DNA of 64,000 bases from Alphaproteobacteria bacterium (GTDB lineage Bacteria; Pseudomonadota; Alphaproteobacteria; UBA828): assembly GCA_963422645.2 (NCBI GenBank), contig CAXXVO010000008.1:626510-690509 (forward strand), read 5' to 3'. The number at the start of each line of letters is the position of its first letter. Within the stretch, counting starts at the first letter, position 1. A program made the position numbers and the translations under genes. Below are positions 9,452 to 20,043 of this stretch, piece after piece. The notes under the pieces were generated by a model that saw only the letters and a program-made list of their open reading frames with translations, was not told the origin of the DNA and did no database searches.

Positions 9452-11843
9452 TAATTTGATACCAATTGCACGGGGTCTCAACCATGCCCAGTACCCTCCC
9501 AATGTGCCCTCCAGAGGCGGTCTCGATCGGCAACAGCTGCTTCGCCGTCCTGATCTCGGACGACACCTTCACCTACTTTTCCAACCTCATTCCCTTTGAC
9601 AGCCACGCCGCCGATGACCGCACGGCCATGCTCTTGCGGATCGGCCGCCTCGCGGCGATCAGCGCGGTCTCGCCGCAGGAACTGGCTGACGCTTTCGCTG
9701 TCTCGCGCGCGACGGTGCAGCGCGCACGACGGCGCTACCTGGCCGAGGGCGAAGCGGGGTTCATGAAGCCCCGGCGCGGTCGCGGGCCGTCGGTGTTCAC
9801 TCCGGAGTTGGCGGAGAAGGCGACGGCGTTGCTGGCATCGGGCCTGAGCGGCTCTGCGGCGGCCCGGGTTCTCGGCGTGTCAGCGCCATCGGTCAACAAG
9901 TGGCGCCGTCAGGGACTGATCGGCAACACGGAGGCGGATGGGGAGCCCGGACGCTCAGCGCTGGCTGCGCCGCCTGACGCGGGTGCGGCTCCTGAAGGCC
10001 GTGTCGATGAAGAGAGTACCGGTGCCCCGGGGCCGGAGACGGCGCCGGGGCTGGAAGCGCAGCCGCAAACGGATCGCAGCGCGCGCGATCGGCGGGACCG
10101 GCAGGCGCCGATGGGGCGTGCGACTTGCGATGTTCCGGCTCGGGTTCTGGCCAGTTGTGGACAGGCGGGGCCGGTCGAACCGCAGTTCGCCGCCGCCGCC
10201 CGCGGTGTCCGCTTCGGCGGCGTGCTCGCCGCCCTGCCGGCCCTGCTGAAGGAAGGTCTTCTCTCCGAGACCGGTCTCCTGCCATTGCTGCCGAAGGGCT
10301 ATTACGGCTTGCCTACGATCCTGCTCTTCCTGGCCTTCATGACCTTGGCGCGGGTGCGCAACCCCGAGAGCCTGCGCTACCAGGCGCCGGGCGAATGGGG
10401 CGCCATTCTCGGCCTCGATCGCTGCCCCGAGGTCAAGACGCTGCGCCGCAAGATCGCTCTCATCGCCGACGACGAGGCCGGCGTGCGGGCGTGGCAGCTC
10501 GCCCTTGCCAGGCGCTGGCAGGCGCCGACGAGCCGGAGCTCTGGGCGACGCTGGCCATCGACGGGCACGTCAAGGTCTACTCCGGCCGCAAGGGGCGCTT
10601 GCCCAAGCACTTCGTCTCGCGCGAGAAGCTGTGCCTGCCGGCGAGCGCCAGCTACTGGATCAACGCTCTGGGCGGCAAGCCGCTGCTCTGTCTGCACAAG
10701 CCGCTGGACCCGAAGATGGTCGCGGCCATCGAAGCCGACGTGGTGCCGGCGCTGCAGGAGCTTGGGATCGTTGGCGCCGGGGCGCCGGACCTGACCGCCG
10801 AGCATCCCGGCCAGCCGGCGCTCACCCTGGTCTTCGACCGCGAGGGCTGGAGCCCGGATCTGTTCCGCCGGCTGGCGAGGCGCGGCGTCGCCTGCCTGAC
10901 CTGGCACAAGAACTTCAGGGGCGAGGACTGGCCGGCCGAGGACTTCGGCGCGATGACCGTTCCCATTCACGGACCGGCGGCGGACGGCAGCGCCACCATG
11001 CGGCTGGCTGAGAAGCCGGTGACGTTGCCGAACGGCTTCAGGGTGCGCCAGATCCGCCGCCTGCTCGACAACGGCCGTCAGGTGCCGCTGATCACCACCG
11101 ATCCGCACAAGCCGATGGCTGAGGTTGCGGGCGCCATGTTCTCGCGCTGGTCGCAGGAGAACTTCTTCAAGTACATGCGTGACGAGTTCAATCTCGACGC
11201 CCTGCCGACCCACGAGCTCGAGCCTCTCGATCCCGCCGCCATGGTCGTCAACCCGCTGCGGCGGGCCTATGACAAGGCAATCCATCGCCTCGACCGCCAG
11301 CTTGGCCGCCTGCGCAACCGCATCGCCGACACGGCCCGGAAGAAGCAGCCGACGGCGGAACTCAGGAGGGAAGTCAGGGACCTCCAGGATGTCCGCGACA
11401 TCGTCAGGGCCAGCCGCAGGGAGACGCCCAAGCACTGCCGGGCCGGCGACCTCGACGAAGCCGAGCAGCTCGATGCCTTGCCCGCGCGCGAGCGCCTCCT
11501 CCTCGACGTCATCCGGATGATCGCCTACCGCGCCGAAACCCGCATGATGCTTCCCGTCATGCAGGCGCAGGGCCACAAGCCCCATCCCCGGAAACTGCTT
11601 CAAGCGCTGCTCACCGCCGATGCCGACATCCTGCCGGATCCTGGCAATGGCCTCCTGCGGGTCCACATTCTTGGCCTCGCAAACGACGCCTGCGACCGTT
11701 GGATCGATGCGGTTCTGAGCGACCTGAACGCCACCGAAACGGTCTTCCCCGGCACCCGTCTGCGCATAGTCTACGACATCGACGGGGCCTCGGAATCCGC
11801 GCGGCTCGTGTCACCTAAAATCAGCAGAGGTCAGGAAGTCTGA
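9452..11843 (+). mobile_element. ISX copy 3, IRL and promoter lost, transposase frameshifted (-1 near 10520)
   Basis: Starts at TAATTTGATACC directly after the IS1595 IR; IRR ends 11843, followed by TSD GTC. Confidence 0.9.
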
Positions 11844-11918
11844 GTCTACGACATCGACGGGGCCTCGGAATCCGCGCGGCTCGTGTCACCTAAAATCAGC
11901 AGAGGTCAGGAAGTCTGA
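11844..11918 (+). mobile_element. GTC duplication plus displaced right end of ISX copy 1
   Basis: GTCTACGACATCGAC...GGAAGTCTGA completes copy 1. Confidence 0.9.
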
Positions 11919-12404
11919 ACCTCGCGCGCCGCCTTCAAAAGCATAAGGAGGGCTGCCTGCGCTTCCTCACCGACCTGCGCACGCCGTTCACGAATAACGA
12001 GGCGGAGCGTGACATCCGTATGAACAAAGTGCATGAGAAGATCTCAGGCGGCTTCCGCTCCCTGCAAGGCGCCTGCAACTTCGCCGGAATGCGCAGCGTC
12101 ATCGTCACCGCTCGAAAGCAAGGCTGGAACATCCTGCAAATCCTGGCGCACCCGGAACCGATGCAGCTGATCCCTATACTGCGCTCCTGAACTTCTCCGG
12201 CTCATCCTGAGTATCGCTGTCCTCTCATCTTGTTCGCGACGCGGCGTTCATCATCCTCTCGCGCTCAAGAGAGTAGGCACCCCCGCGGCGTGGGGGCGTT
12301 GACGCAAAAGGAACTGGCTTGTTCCATAAGAGAGAGGGGGTACCTGGGCAGTTACAAAGGAACTGGCTTGTTCCATAAGAGAGAGGGGGTACCTGGGCAG
12401 TTAC
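11919..12404 (+). mobile_element. IS66 3' part (continuation of 2360-3053) with tandemly duplicated 49-bp right end
   Basis: Transposase C-terminus to 12190; ...CTGGGCAGTTAC ends at both 12355 and 12404. Confidence 0.85.
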
Positions 12405-12956
12405 GCGTTTTTAGCACCGAGGCTCGAACATCACCACAACTGCCATCACCGCAGTTCGGAGAATCTTGTCCCCGTAGCAAGTTCAAACCCATCATCTCGG
12501 CCCCTCCACCGCCGTGCCGTCGCCGAACAGATTTTCCAGCAATGGCTCCCAGTCCCTCCTCGCAATCCGCGCGCTCCATAGTGCGCATTTTCCCCTCGAC
12601 CAGAAAGGCCAGTGCGTAGCTAATGCGCATGAGCACCGCCTCTTCCGTCCCAGCTGCCGCCCCGCACCCGGCAACGCGGACCATGCTGTCGTGAAGCGCG
12701 CGTTGCTCCCTCTAGTCCAGCGCTGCGGACTGAGACTGGTTCATCGAGGCGGACATCATATTCGAAAACAACCGCCTGGATTCTCTGGCGGAGTTGCTAA
12801 AGGGGAGTGACTAAGCGCTCGTCTTTCCTGCGTGGATACACGCGACCGAGTTACTGCCGGAAGACAATCCCTTTCTACAGTGAGGTCGGTGGATTTGACC
12901 CTCATGATCTCCCGCTGAAAGCGTTTCCGATCCGCCTTGGGCCGGCGGCCAAACTG

Positions 12957-13784
12957 TCAGGTTATCTCCGTGTCAGAGTGATAAACTCGGGCGGCAGCCT
13001 CTCTGTCTTCACAAATCCGACGCATAAATTCTCGGCGTCTGGATAGTTGGCGCCGAATAGACCATGGCATACGGCGCCAGAGAAGCATCACTGGGTTCTC
13101 GGTCTGCCGGTGAAGCTGACGCGACCGCCTACGGTCTTCGTCTATCTGGGAGTCGTTCCACTCTCCATGAAATACGACCGGCGGATCGAGATAATAGATA
13201 TTCAGCCCGTTCTCCCAGTAGTTGTTAATTGCCATGTCAAGCGCCCACGTCATCTCTGGCGTGACCTCCAGAAAGCGACGTGCCGCATCTCTTGTAATCA
13301 CGTATCCTTCGGTGCCAGAGTCATGATAGCGGACTCGGCCGATAATGTGTCCGGTCGAAAGCTGTTTGTATGGTATAAAGGCCCTATTGGGCCTGCGCCT
13401 GTTCAGCTTCACAACGTCGAAGGGCACCGGACGTCGATCCAATGCCGCGAGAACCAATGGAAGTTCCGCAGACAGCTCGGCATCATCTTCGAAAATTGCA
13501 GCAGTCTCGGGTCCGTTCTCAACGATTTCCTGCATGACCTGTCGTTGGCTCAGCCAATTCCCGATCAATGCGTCTGCCTGCGGATTGAGACCCATGCGCC
13601 GCGGCGTGCTCCTGTCGACTTGGGCGTAGTCTTCTTCGGTCAAACGCTTTCCATCGACAGCCTCATGAAATTCGGGCTTGAGACCGACTCTCGCAAACTG
13701 TTGGGTTATTCGCTGCCTACGGTCTTTCGCGCGAGCCAGGTTGATCACAAACATCCGCACGGATGCACTCCTGCCCACAGCCAT
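12957..13784 (-). CDS. Glycosyltransferase family 25 (LPS/LOS biosynthesis)
   Basis: FVINL...DRR, FHEAVDG, IFEDD, GTEGYVIT...A motifs; lower GC than flanks. Confidence 0.88.
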   Translation of the reverse strand: MAVGRSASVRMFVINLARAKDRRQRITQQFARVGLKPEFHEAVDGKRLTEEDYAQVDRSTPRRMGLNPQADALIGNWLSQRQVMQEIVENGPETAAIFEDDAELSAELPLVLAALDRRPVPFDVVKLNRRRPNRAFIPYKQLSTGHIIGRVRYHDSGTEGYVITRDAARRFLEVTPEMTWALDMAINNYWENGLNIYYLDPPVVFHGEWNDSQIDEDRRRSRQLHRQTENPVMLLWRRMPWSIRRQLSRRREFMRRICEDREAAARVYHSDTEIT

Positions 13785-13984
13785 CGACCACTACAGCTCG
13801 CGAGTTCAACTAGACGGTCACGAAGCATTTCGGCACCTCATCTACTGAGCAGACATAAGGTACTGCCCGCCCGAGGAGCGGTCCAGCACCGAACCGGGCT
13901 TGGCCACACCCGATGCAGCAGGTCCCAACTCGGGGACAGGCTCCGATTTGCATGGCGAATTCGGCGCGGTGCTATGATCTGCCG

Positions 13985-15110
13985 ATGACCGACGCGGTCA
14001 CGCTGCAGATCATCCGGGGCAAGCTCGAAGCGCTTGCGCGCGAGATGGGCGTGGTGCTCGCGCGCAGCGCGATGAGCCCGGTCATCTATGAGGTCTACGA
14101 CTTCGGCTGCGGCATCTCCGACGCCAAGGGCAGGCTGATCGCCGGCTCCCACGGAGTCGCCGCCTTCTCGGCGCTGTTCGGGCCCCAGATCAACGCGACC
14201 GCCGCCAAGTACGGCGATGCGATGCGCCCCGGCGACATCTACATGACCAACGACCCTTATCTCGGCGGCTCGCACCTGAACGATGTCCTCCTCGTGGTGC
14301 CGATCTTCGAGGACGGGCGGCCGATCGCCTTCGCCAGCTCCTACGCGCACTGGACCGAGGTCGGCGGCATGACTCCCGGCTCGCTCTCGCCCAACGCCGA
14401 GGAGATCTACCAGGAAGGCATCCGCTTCCCGATCATGCGGCTCTACCGCGCCGGCGAGCGGCAGGACGAGCTGCTTGAGCTGATCGCGGCCAACGTCCGC
14501 CTCCCCAAGATGTCCCTCGGCGACCTCAACGCGCAGATCGCTGCGCTCTGCATCGGCGAGACCCGGCTGCGCGAGGCGATCGCGAAGTACGGCAGGGATC
14601 ATGTCCTGGCAGCCTTCGACCATGTGCTCGAGACCAGCGAAGGGCTGGCCCGCACCGCCGTCGCCGCGCTGCCGGATGGCGTCTACGAGGCCGAAGACTT
14701 CATCGACGGCGACGGCTTCAGCGACACCCAGTATCCGGTGCGCATGCGCATGACGATTGCGGGCGACGAGATCGAGTTCGATTTCGCCGGCTCGTGCGAC
14801 CAGCTGCGCGGCCCGATGAACTGCTCGCTCGAAATGCTGCTGTGCGGCGTCAAGGTGGTGTTCAAGGCGATCGTCGACCCCCACGGGCCGTCCAACGAAG
14901 GCTGGTACCGGCCGATCCGGGTCAAGGCGCCGGAGGGTTGCGTCTTCAACGCCCGCGCCCCGGCCGCGATGGGCTGGTTCTACGAGCCGATGGCGCAAGG
15001 GGCCGAGCTGGTGTGGAAGGCGATGGCACCATTGGTGCCCGAGCGGCTCACGGCCGGCAGCTACATGAGCATCTGCGTCGTGCTGATGGGGGCGAAGTGG
15101 CCCGGCAGCC
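13985..15110 (+). pseudogene. Hydantoinase B/5-oxoprolinase family protein, 3'-truncated
   Basis: DAVTLQII, RSAMSPVI, NDPYLGGSHLND, HWTEVGG, EIYQEG motifs; similarity appears to end ~15105 (breakpoint approximate). Confidence 0.85.
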
Positions 15111-15191
15111 GATTGGCCCCGACGTCTCGCCAGGGTCGCGGCGAGCGCGGCATCGTGTGCCCCACGGGGGACAGTCGTGCACAAATTTTTG

Positions 15192-15281
15192 GTGGGATTC
15201 GCGGGATAAGTGGGATGTAAGTGGGATAAGTGGGATGTAAGTGGGATAAGTGGGACAAGCGGGATGAGCGGAATTTGGGAC
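15192..15281. repeat. G-rich short tandem repeat, ~9 units of GTGGGA(T)(GT)AA
   Basis: gtgggataa/gtgggatgtaa units read directly. Confidence 0.85.
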
Positions 15282-15404
15282 GGCAAACGCTCGCCGAGTA
15301 AGCACTCCGTCTTCTCGCCTCCACCGACCGCGATCCGCTTGCTCTGCATGGCGCAACGGTGGCGTACCCGTCGCCTCTCATGCACCGCACCATGGTCCGG
15401 AGTG

Positions 15405-15604
15405 CCGTGCTCCCTTCCGCGGCCTGGCTCAGCGGCGAATACGGGATGAACGGCCTCTATGTCGGCTTGCTCGCAGTCATCGGCGCGGGTGGTGTCGAGC
15501 ACGTTGTCGAAATCGCGCGCGACGATGACGAGCGCGCGACCTTCGCGCACTCCGTCAACGCAGTCCGCACACTCTTGGAGGCGGTGGGCAACCTGACCGC
15601 ATAG
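15405..15604 (+). pseudogene. mdh: Malate dehydrogenase C-terminal remnant
   Basis: VLPSAAWLSGEYGMNGLYVG..VIGAGGVE.VVEI...E...F..SV.AVR resembles the LDH-like Mdh C-terminus. Confidence 0.75.
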
Positions 15605-15626
15605 CAAAGCTATCCAGTATGACAGC

Positions 15627-16460
15627 TGGAAACGGCGGTGCGAAATTAGTCCACGGTAGCGGCGAGATGATCTCGCTGCGGGCGGAGCAAGACTCTGCCA
15701 GATAGGCCCTTCCCGGCGACGGGGAGGGCGGGGGCATGCATACCGTGGAACTTTATCGGAAGGTCCGTCTCGCCTGCCGGGACGGGATGAGTGAGCGGGC
15801 TGCGGCGCGTCACTTCGGGATTTCACGCGAGAGCGTGAAGAAGATGCTGCAGTTTTCGGCGCCGCCGGGCTATCGGCGGACGGCGCCGCTTCGGCGTCCG
15901 AAGCTGGACGGGTTCATCGAGATCATCGACGGGTGGCTGCGGGACGATCTGGAGCAGCTGCCCAAGCAGCGGCACACGGCGAAGCGCATTTTCGACCGTC
16001 TTCGGGCCGAGCACGGGTTCAGCGGCGGCTACACGATTGTGAAGGATCATGTGCGCGAGCATCGGCGCCGGCGGCGAGAGATGTTCGTGCCGCTGATCCA
16101 TCCGCCGGGGCATGGGCAGGCGGACTTCGGCGAGGCGCGGGCGGTGATCGGGGGTATCGCGCGCAAGGCGCACTTCTTCGTGTTCGATCTTCCGCACAGC
16201 GACGCCTGCTACGTGCGGGCCTACCCTGCGGCGACGGCCGAGGCGTGGATGGACGGGCATGTGCATGCCTTCGCCTTCTTCGGCGGGGTTCCCCGATCGG
16301 TTCTCTACGACAACGACCGCTGCCTGGTGTCGCGCATCCTGGCGGACGGGACGCGCAAGCGGGCGGGGCTCTTCAACGGGTTCCTGTCGCACTACCTCGT
16401 GCATGATCGTTACGGGCGTCCGGGCAAGGGGAACGACAAGGGCGCGGTCGAGGGTCTGGT
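15627..16460 (+). mobile_element. istA: IS21-family element, left end and truncated istA (15736-16460)
   Basis: TG-starting end TGGAAACGGCGGTGCGAAA; GQADFGE, LYDND, KGNDKGAVEGLV, then abrupt fusion. Confidence 0.88.
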
Positions 16461-16953
16461 ACCAGCCCACCGGCCGCTTGCCGCAGGTGCGCTCGAAGGA
16501 TTCGACGGCGAGCCGGATGTGCTCGCGCTCCTCCTCGCGCGAGAGGCGGAACACCTCCTCCCAGCGCCAGCCGTGGCTGCACACCTCGTGGCCGCCGGCG
16601 ACGACCGCGCGGGCGACCTCCGGGTTCTGCTCGAAGGCCACGGCGCAGGCGTAGAAGGTGGACTTGATCCCGGTCTCCCCGAAGAGCCGCAGAATGCGCC
16701 AGACGCCGGACCGGGAGCCGTACTCGAACATCGATTCCATGGCGAGGTTGCGGTAGCCCTCGGGCAGCGGGTAGTTGCCGAACTCGGTCAGCGTTTCCTG
16801 GGTCGGATCGCCCATGGCCTCGGAGTACTCCGAACCTTCCTCGTAGTTGACCACCACCGAGACAGCGAGCCGCGCCCCCTTCGGCCACGGGACCGCCGGC
16901 GGGTTCGCGCCATAGCCCACCAGATCCCGCCCGCCCGAAGATGTCTCCGCCAT
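16459..16953 (-). pseudogene. Polysaccharide deacetylase/PuuE-like allantoinase, 3'-truncated
   Basis: RDLVGYG, VNYEEGSE, ESMFEYGSRSG, HEVCSHGWRW, RPVGWY. Confidence 0.85.
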
Positions 16954-17027
16954 GATGCGCCTCCCTTCCCCTGCTGCCCCCGCCGGGCGTGCGTATGCCC
17001 GCCTCGCTCGTCGGTCATCATAGAGCG

Positions 17028-18287
17028 TCAAGCGCTGCCGTCGTAATGGGCCTGGAGGATGGCGACCACGCCGTCGCGGCTGTATTCGGGCGGGATCGCC
17101 TCGCCGCCCGCGAACATCTCGCGCAGCCGGGTGCCCGAGATGCGGAGCTTCACGTCGTCGCCGCGTCGGCAGGGCCGGCCCTCGGCATCGCCGGTCGCCA
17201 CCGCCGCCACCGCGCGATGGCGCTCCGCCTCGCCCGGAGGGTCCCTTCCCTCTTCGACGGCGAAGCAGACGTTCCCCGTCGCCATGCCCTTGCAGTCGAA
17301 GCAATGGAAGGTGTCGTCGATCTTGAGCGGCCGGATGGCGAGGCTCGCGGCATCGATCTCGTCGAAGATGCGATGGGCGTCGTAGGGACCGTAGTAGCCG
17401 CCGAGCCCGGCATGGTCGCGCCCGATCACCAGGTGCGAGCAGCCGAAATTCTGGCGGAAGAGGGCGTGCAGCAGCGCCTCCCGCGGGCCGGCGTAGCGCA
17501 TCTCGATGGGGTAGCCCGCCTGGATCACCCTCCCTTCCACGAAGTGGTTGGCAACCAGCCAGTCGATGGCGCGAACCCGGACATCGGCCGGGATGTCGCC
17601 CGCCTTGAGCGCGCCGAGGACCTGGTGAATCAGCACCCCGTCGCACACTTCCAGCGCGACCTTGGCGAGAAACTCGTGACTGCGGTGCATGGGGTTGCGG
17701 GTCTGGAAGGCGGCGACCGTCGACCAGCCCTTCTCGGCAAAGAGCGCCCGGGTCTCGGCGGGGCGCAGATAGAGCCCCCGGTAGGTCTCGGGAAAATGGC
17801 CCTCGGAGAAGACCGAGACGGGGCCCGCCAGGTTGACCGCGCCCTGCGCCATGACCTTGGCGACGCCCGGGTGGGACTCGTCGGTCGTGCCATAGACCTC
17901 GCGGCACTCCAGGTGCTTGTCGATGGCGTATCTCTCGGTGAGCGCGAGGACGCCGAGGATCTCCCCACCCGCATCCGTCAGCGCCACCTCGTCGGCGACG
18001 GCGATGGCGAAGTCCTCGCCGCAGGAAAGCGTGATGGGCAGCGGCCAGAAGAGCCCGTTTTCCAGCCGCATCTCCAGGCACGCGCCGCGCCAGTCGGCCT
18101 CGCCCATGAAGCCCGCGAGCGGCGTGTAGGCGCCCATGGCGAGCATGAAGAGGTCCGAGACCTCGCGGCTCGACAGCGGCAGCCGCTTCAGGGTGCGCGC
18201 CCGCTTCAGCGCCTCGTCGCGTTCCTCTTCGGGCAGCAGCAGGGGCGTCAGGGCGGCGTCGCCGTGCGGGGGGATCAGTGTCGACAT
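17028..18287 (-). CDS. sat: Sulfate adenylyltransferase (Sat-type ATP sulfurylase)
   Basis: AFQTRNPMHRSHE, MRYAGPREALLHA, IGRDHAG, ISGT motifs. Confidence 0.95.
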   Translation of the reverse strand: MSTLIPPHGDAALTPLLLPEEERDEALKRARTLKRLPLSSREVSDLFMLAMGAYTPLAGFMGEADWRGACLEMRLENGLFWPLPITLSCGEDFAIAVADEVALTDAGGEILGVLALTERYAIDKHLECREVYGTTDESHPGVAKVMAQGAVNLAGPVSVFSEGHFPETYRGLYLRPAETRALFAEKGWSTVAAFQTRNPMHRSHEFLAKVALEVCDGVLIHQVLGALKAGDIPADVRVRAIDWLVANHFVEGRVIQAGYPIEMRYAGPREALLHALFRQNFGCSHLVIGRDHAGLGGYYGPYDAHRIFDEIDAASLAIRPLKIDDTFHCFDCKGMATGNVCFAVEEGRDPPGEAERHRAVAAVATGDAEGRPCRRGDDVKLRISGTRLREMFAGGEAIPPEYSRDGVVAILQAHYDGSA

Positions 18288-18293
18288 GGGGCG

Positions 18294-18488
18294 TCAGCGC
18301 CGGTTGGCGACTTCCTTTCGGATTTCCTTCGACTTGGCTTCGGGCAGGACCCAGATCGCACCGGCCATCAGCGGCCCCAGGGCGAGGGTCACCCAGCGCA
18401 CGATCCCGGTGCTGTCGTCGAGGAAGAACACCGCCACGCACAGCGCGAGGGCGAGGGCGGAGACCAGGATCTTGTAGTTGTTGGGCAT
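18294..18488 (-). CDS. Small two-TM membrane protein
   Basis: 64 aa with two hydrophobic stretches, RBS AAGGAAG, tightly coupled to sat. Confidence 0.6.
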   Translation of the reverse strand: MPNNYKILVSALALALCVAVFFLDDSTGIVRWVTLALGPLMAGAIWVLPEAKSKEIRKEVANRR

Positions 18489-18508
18489 TGCTCGCTTCCT
18501 TCGCGATC

Positions 18509-18814
18509 TCAGGCGGACGCGAACGCGTCGATTGCCGCGGCCACGTCGGCGCTCGTCATCTCCCACGTGTTGCCGAAGTTGGCCACGACGTCGCGCATGA
18601 AGGGCTCGACAAGATCAAGGGCGCGGGCCTCCTCGCCCGCACCGAGGTGATTGGCCAGGATCGCGAGCGCGAGCTGACGCGACTGTGCGCCTTCATAGGT
18701 CCACTCGAAGCCGGTCCCGCTGTAGCGGCGTATGTCGAGCCTCTGGTCGAGGGGCTCGTCGTCAACGGTGACGACGAGCCCGTCGATGGTCCGATCCCCG
18801 GCGTATGTCTTCAT
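18509..18814 (-). CDS. Conserved small protein (DUF6166-like)
   Basis: GFEWTYEG...QLALAILA motif; RBS GGAG. Confidence 0.7.
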   Translation of the reverse strand: MKTYAGDRTIDGLVVTVDDEPLDQRLDIRRYSGTGFEWTYEGAQSRQLALAILANHLGAGEEARALDLVEPFMRDVVANFGNTWEMTSADVAAAIDAFASA

Positions 18815-19076
18815 GGCGTTGCTCCGAAGCGGGGCTGAACGTCGCCCATCGTAGATTCGTCCGCGCCGACGCTACAGTCACGATAGCCGACCCGTTCCGC
18901 CGACGCGCCATCGATCGCCCATCGGCGCGGCGCCGCGATTTTGTGGTGCGCGCCCCATGTTGTTGTCGCGCGCCCGTCCTTGACGGGCTCGCGACAGGCC
19001 GCGACTGCGGCCCGCCACTCCTGTGGCGCCCTCGCGGAGGCGCGGGCCGCAGGCCGGCTGCCGTGAGCGACAAGAC

Positions 19077-19113
19077 GCTAGAGCGTTTCCGTGCGAAACG
19101 GAAACGCTCTAGC
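19077..19113. repeat. CTAGAGCG...CGCTCTAG palindromic intergenic repeat
   Basis: GCTAGAGCGTTTCCGT-GCGAA-ACGGAAACGCTCTAGC perfect 16-bp stem. Confidence 0.8.
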
Positions 19114-19200
19114 ATACCCGCGTACAGGCGGCCGGGACGTGCTGCCGCAATCGCCGAAGCATCCCACTTCCGAACAAGCTTTCGCGTAACGGAGCCGCAC

Positions 19201-19884
19201 TTGAGCGAGAGTGAGAGAGAGTCGGACGCGGGCCAGCGCAAGGACCCGGACCGCAGCCTCACTGACCAGGCATACGTCGCGCTCGAGGAGATGATCTGCA
19301 CGCTCAGGCTCGAGCCTGGCGAGGTGCTCTCAGAGGGTGCGCTCTCGCAGACGCTCGGCATCGGACGCACGCCGGTGCGCGAGGCGTTGCAGCGCCTGGC
19401 GCGGGAGGGGCTGGTCACCGTGCTCCCCCGGCGCGGTGTCCTCGTCTCGGAGTTCAACGTCGGAAAGCAGCTCCGGATGCTGGAGGTGCGCCGCGAGCTC
19501 GAGCGGCTGATGGTTCGCTCCGCCGCGTCTCGCGCAACGGCCGACGAGCGCGCCCGCTTCGCGGCAATCGCCCGTGCGATATACGAGAGTGCCGCTGCGG
19601 GCGACGACATCAGCTTCATGCGCCTCGATCGCGAGTTCAATGTGCTGGTGAGCCAGGTGAATCGCAACGAGTTCGCAGCCGAAGCGATCTCGTTGATGGC
19701 CGGCCTTTCGCGGCGCTTCTGGTTCATGCACCACCGCCAGGACGGCGATCTGTCGTTGATCGCGAGACTCCATGCCGATATCGCCAACGCCATCGCGGCA
19801 GGTGACGAGGCGGCGGCGGCGGCGGCGAGCGATGCCTTGCTGGAGTACATCGAATCGATCACGCGGGCGGCGGTGGACTGGTGA
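19201..19884 (+). CDS. GntR family (FCD) transcriptional regulator
   Basis: LEPGEVLSE..L...LGIGRTPVREAL..L..EGLV...PRRG wHTH; start (TTG) uncertain. Confidence 0.9.
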   Translation: MSESERESDAGQRKDPDRSLTDQAYVALEEMICTLRLEPGEVLSEGALSQTLGIGRTPVREALQRLAREGLVTVLPRRGVLVSEFNVGKQLRMLEVRRELERLMVRSAASRATADERARFAAIARAIYESAAAGDDISFMRLDREFNVLVSQVNRNEFAAEAISLMAGLSRRFWFMHHRQDGDLSLIARLHADIANAIAAGDEAAAAAASDALLEYIESITRAAVDW

Positions 19885-20043
19885 GCGGCATGGCGGTAGC
19901 GAAACCCTTGCACCTGCACGCCGCGATACTCAAGATCGGGGCTGCAGCGTGATTGTTTTGCACTTGATATTCGACTAATATATTACTCTCGGAACGCCTT
20001 GGCGCGCCAGCGCTCAAGCCCAGGGGGCACAGGGGGCACAACC

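Noticed and set aside
12405-12950. Short ORFs downstream of the IS66 end
   Set aside because: No recognisable motif or consistent frame; possibly decayed sequence.
15192-15281. Possible CRISPR array
   Set aside because: Units are 9-11 bp with no unique spacers, and no cas genes are present; no CRISPR array was seen in the window.
15823-18441. 872-aa minus-strand ORF
   Set aside because: Chimera of an off-frame sat overlap, the real PuuE-like fragment and antisense istA.
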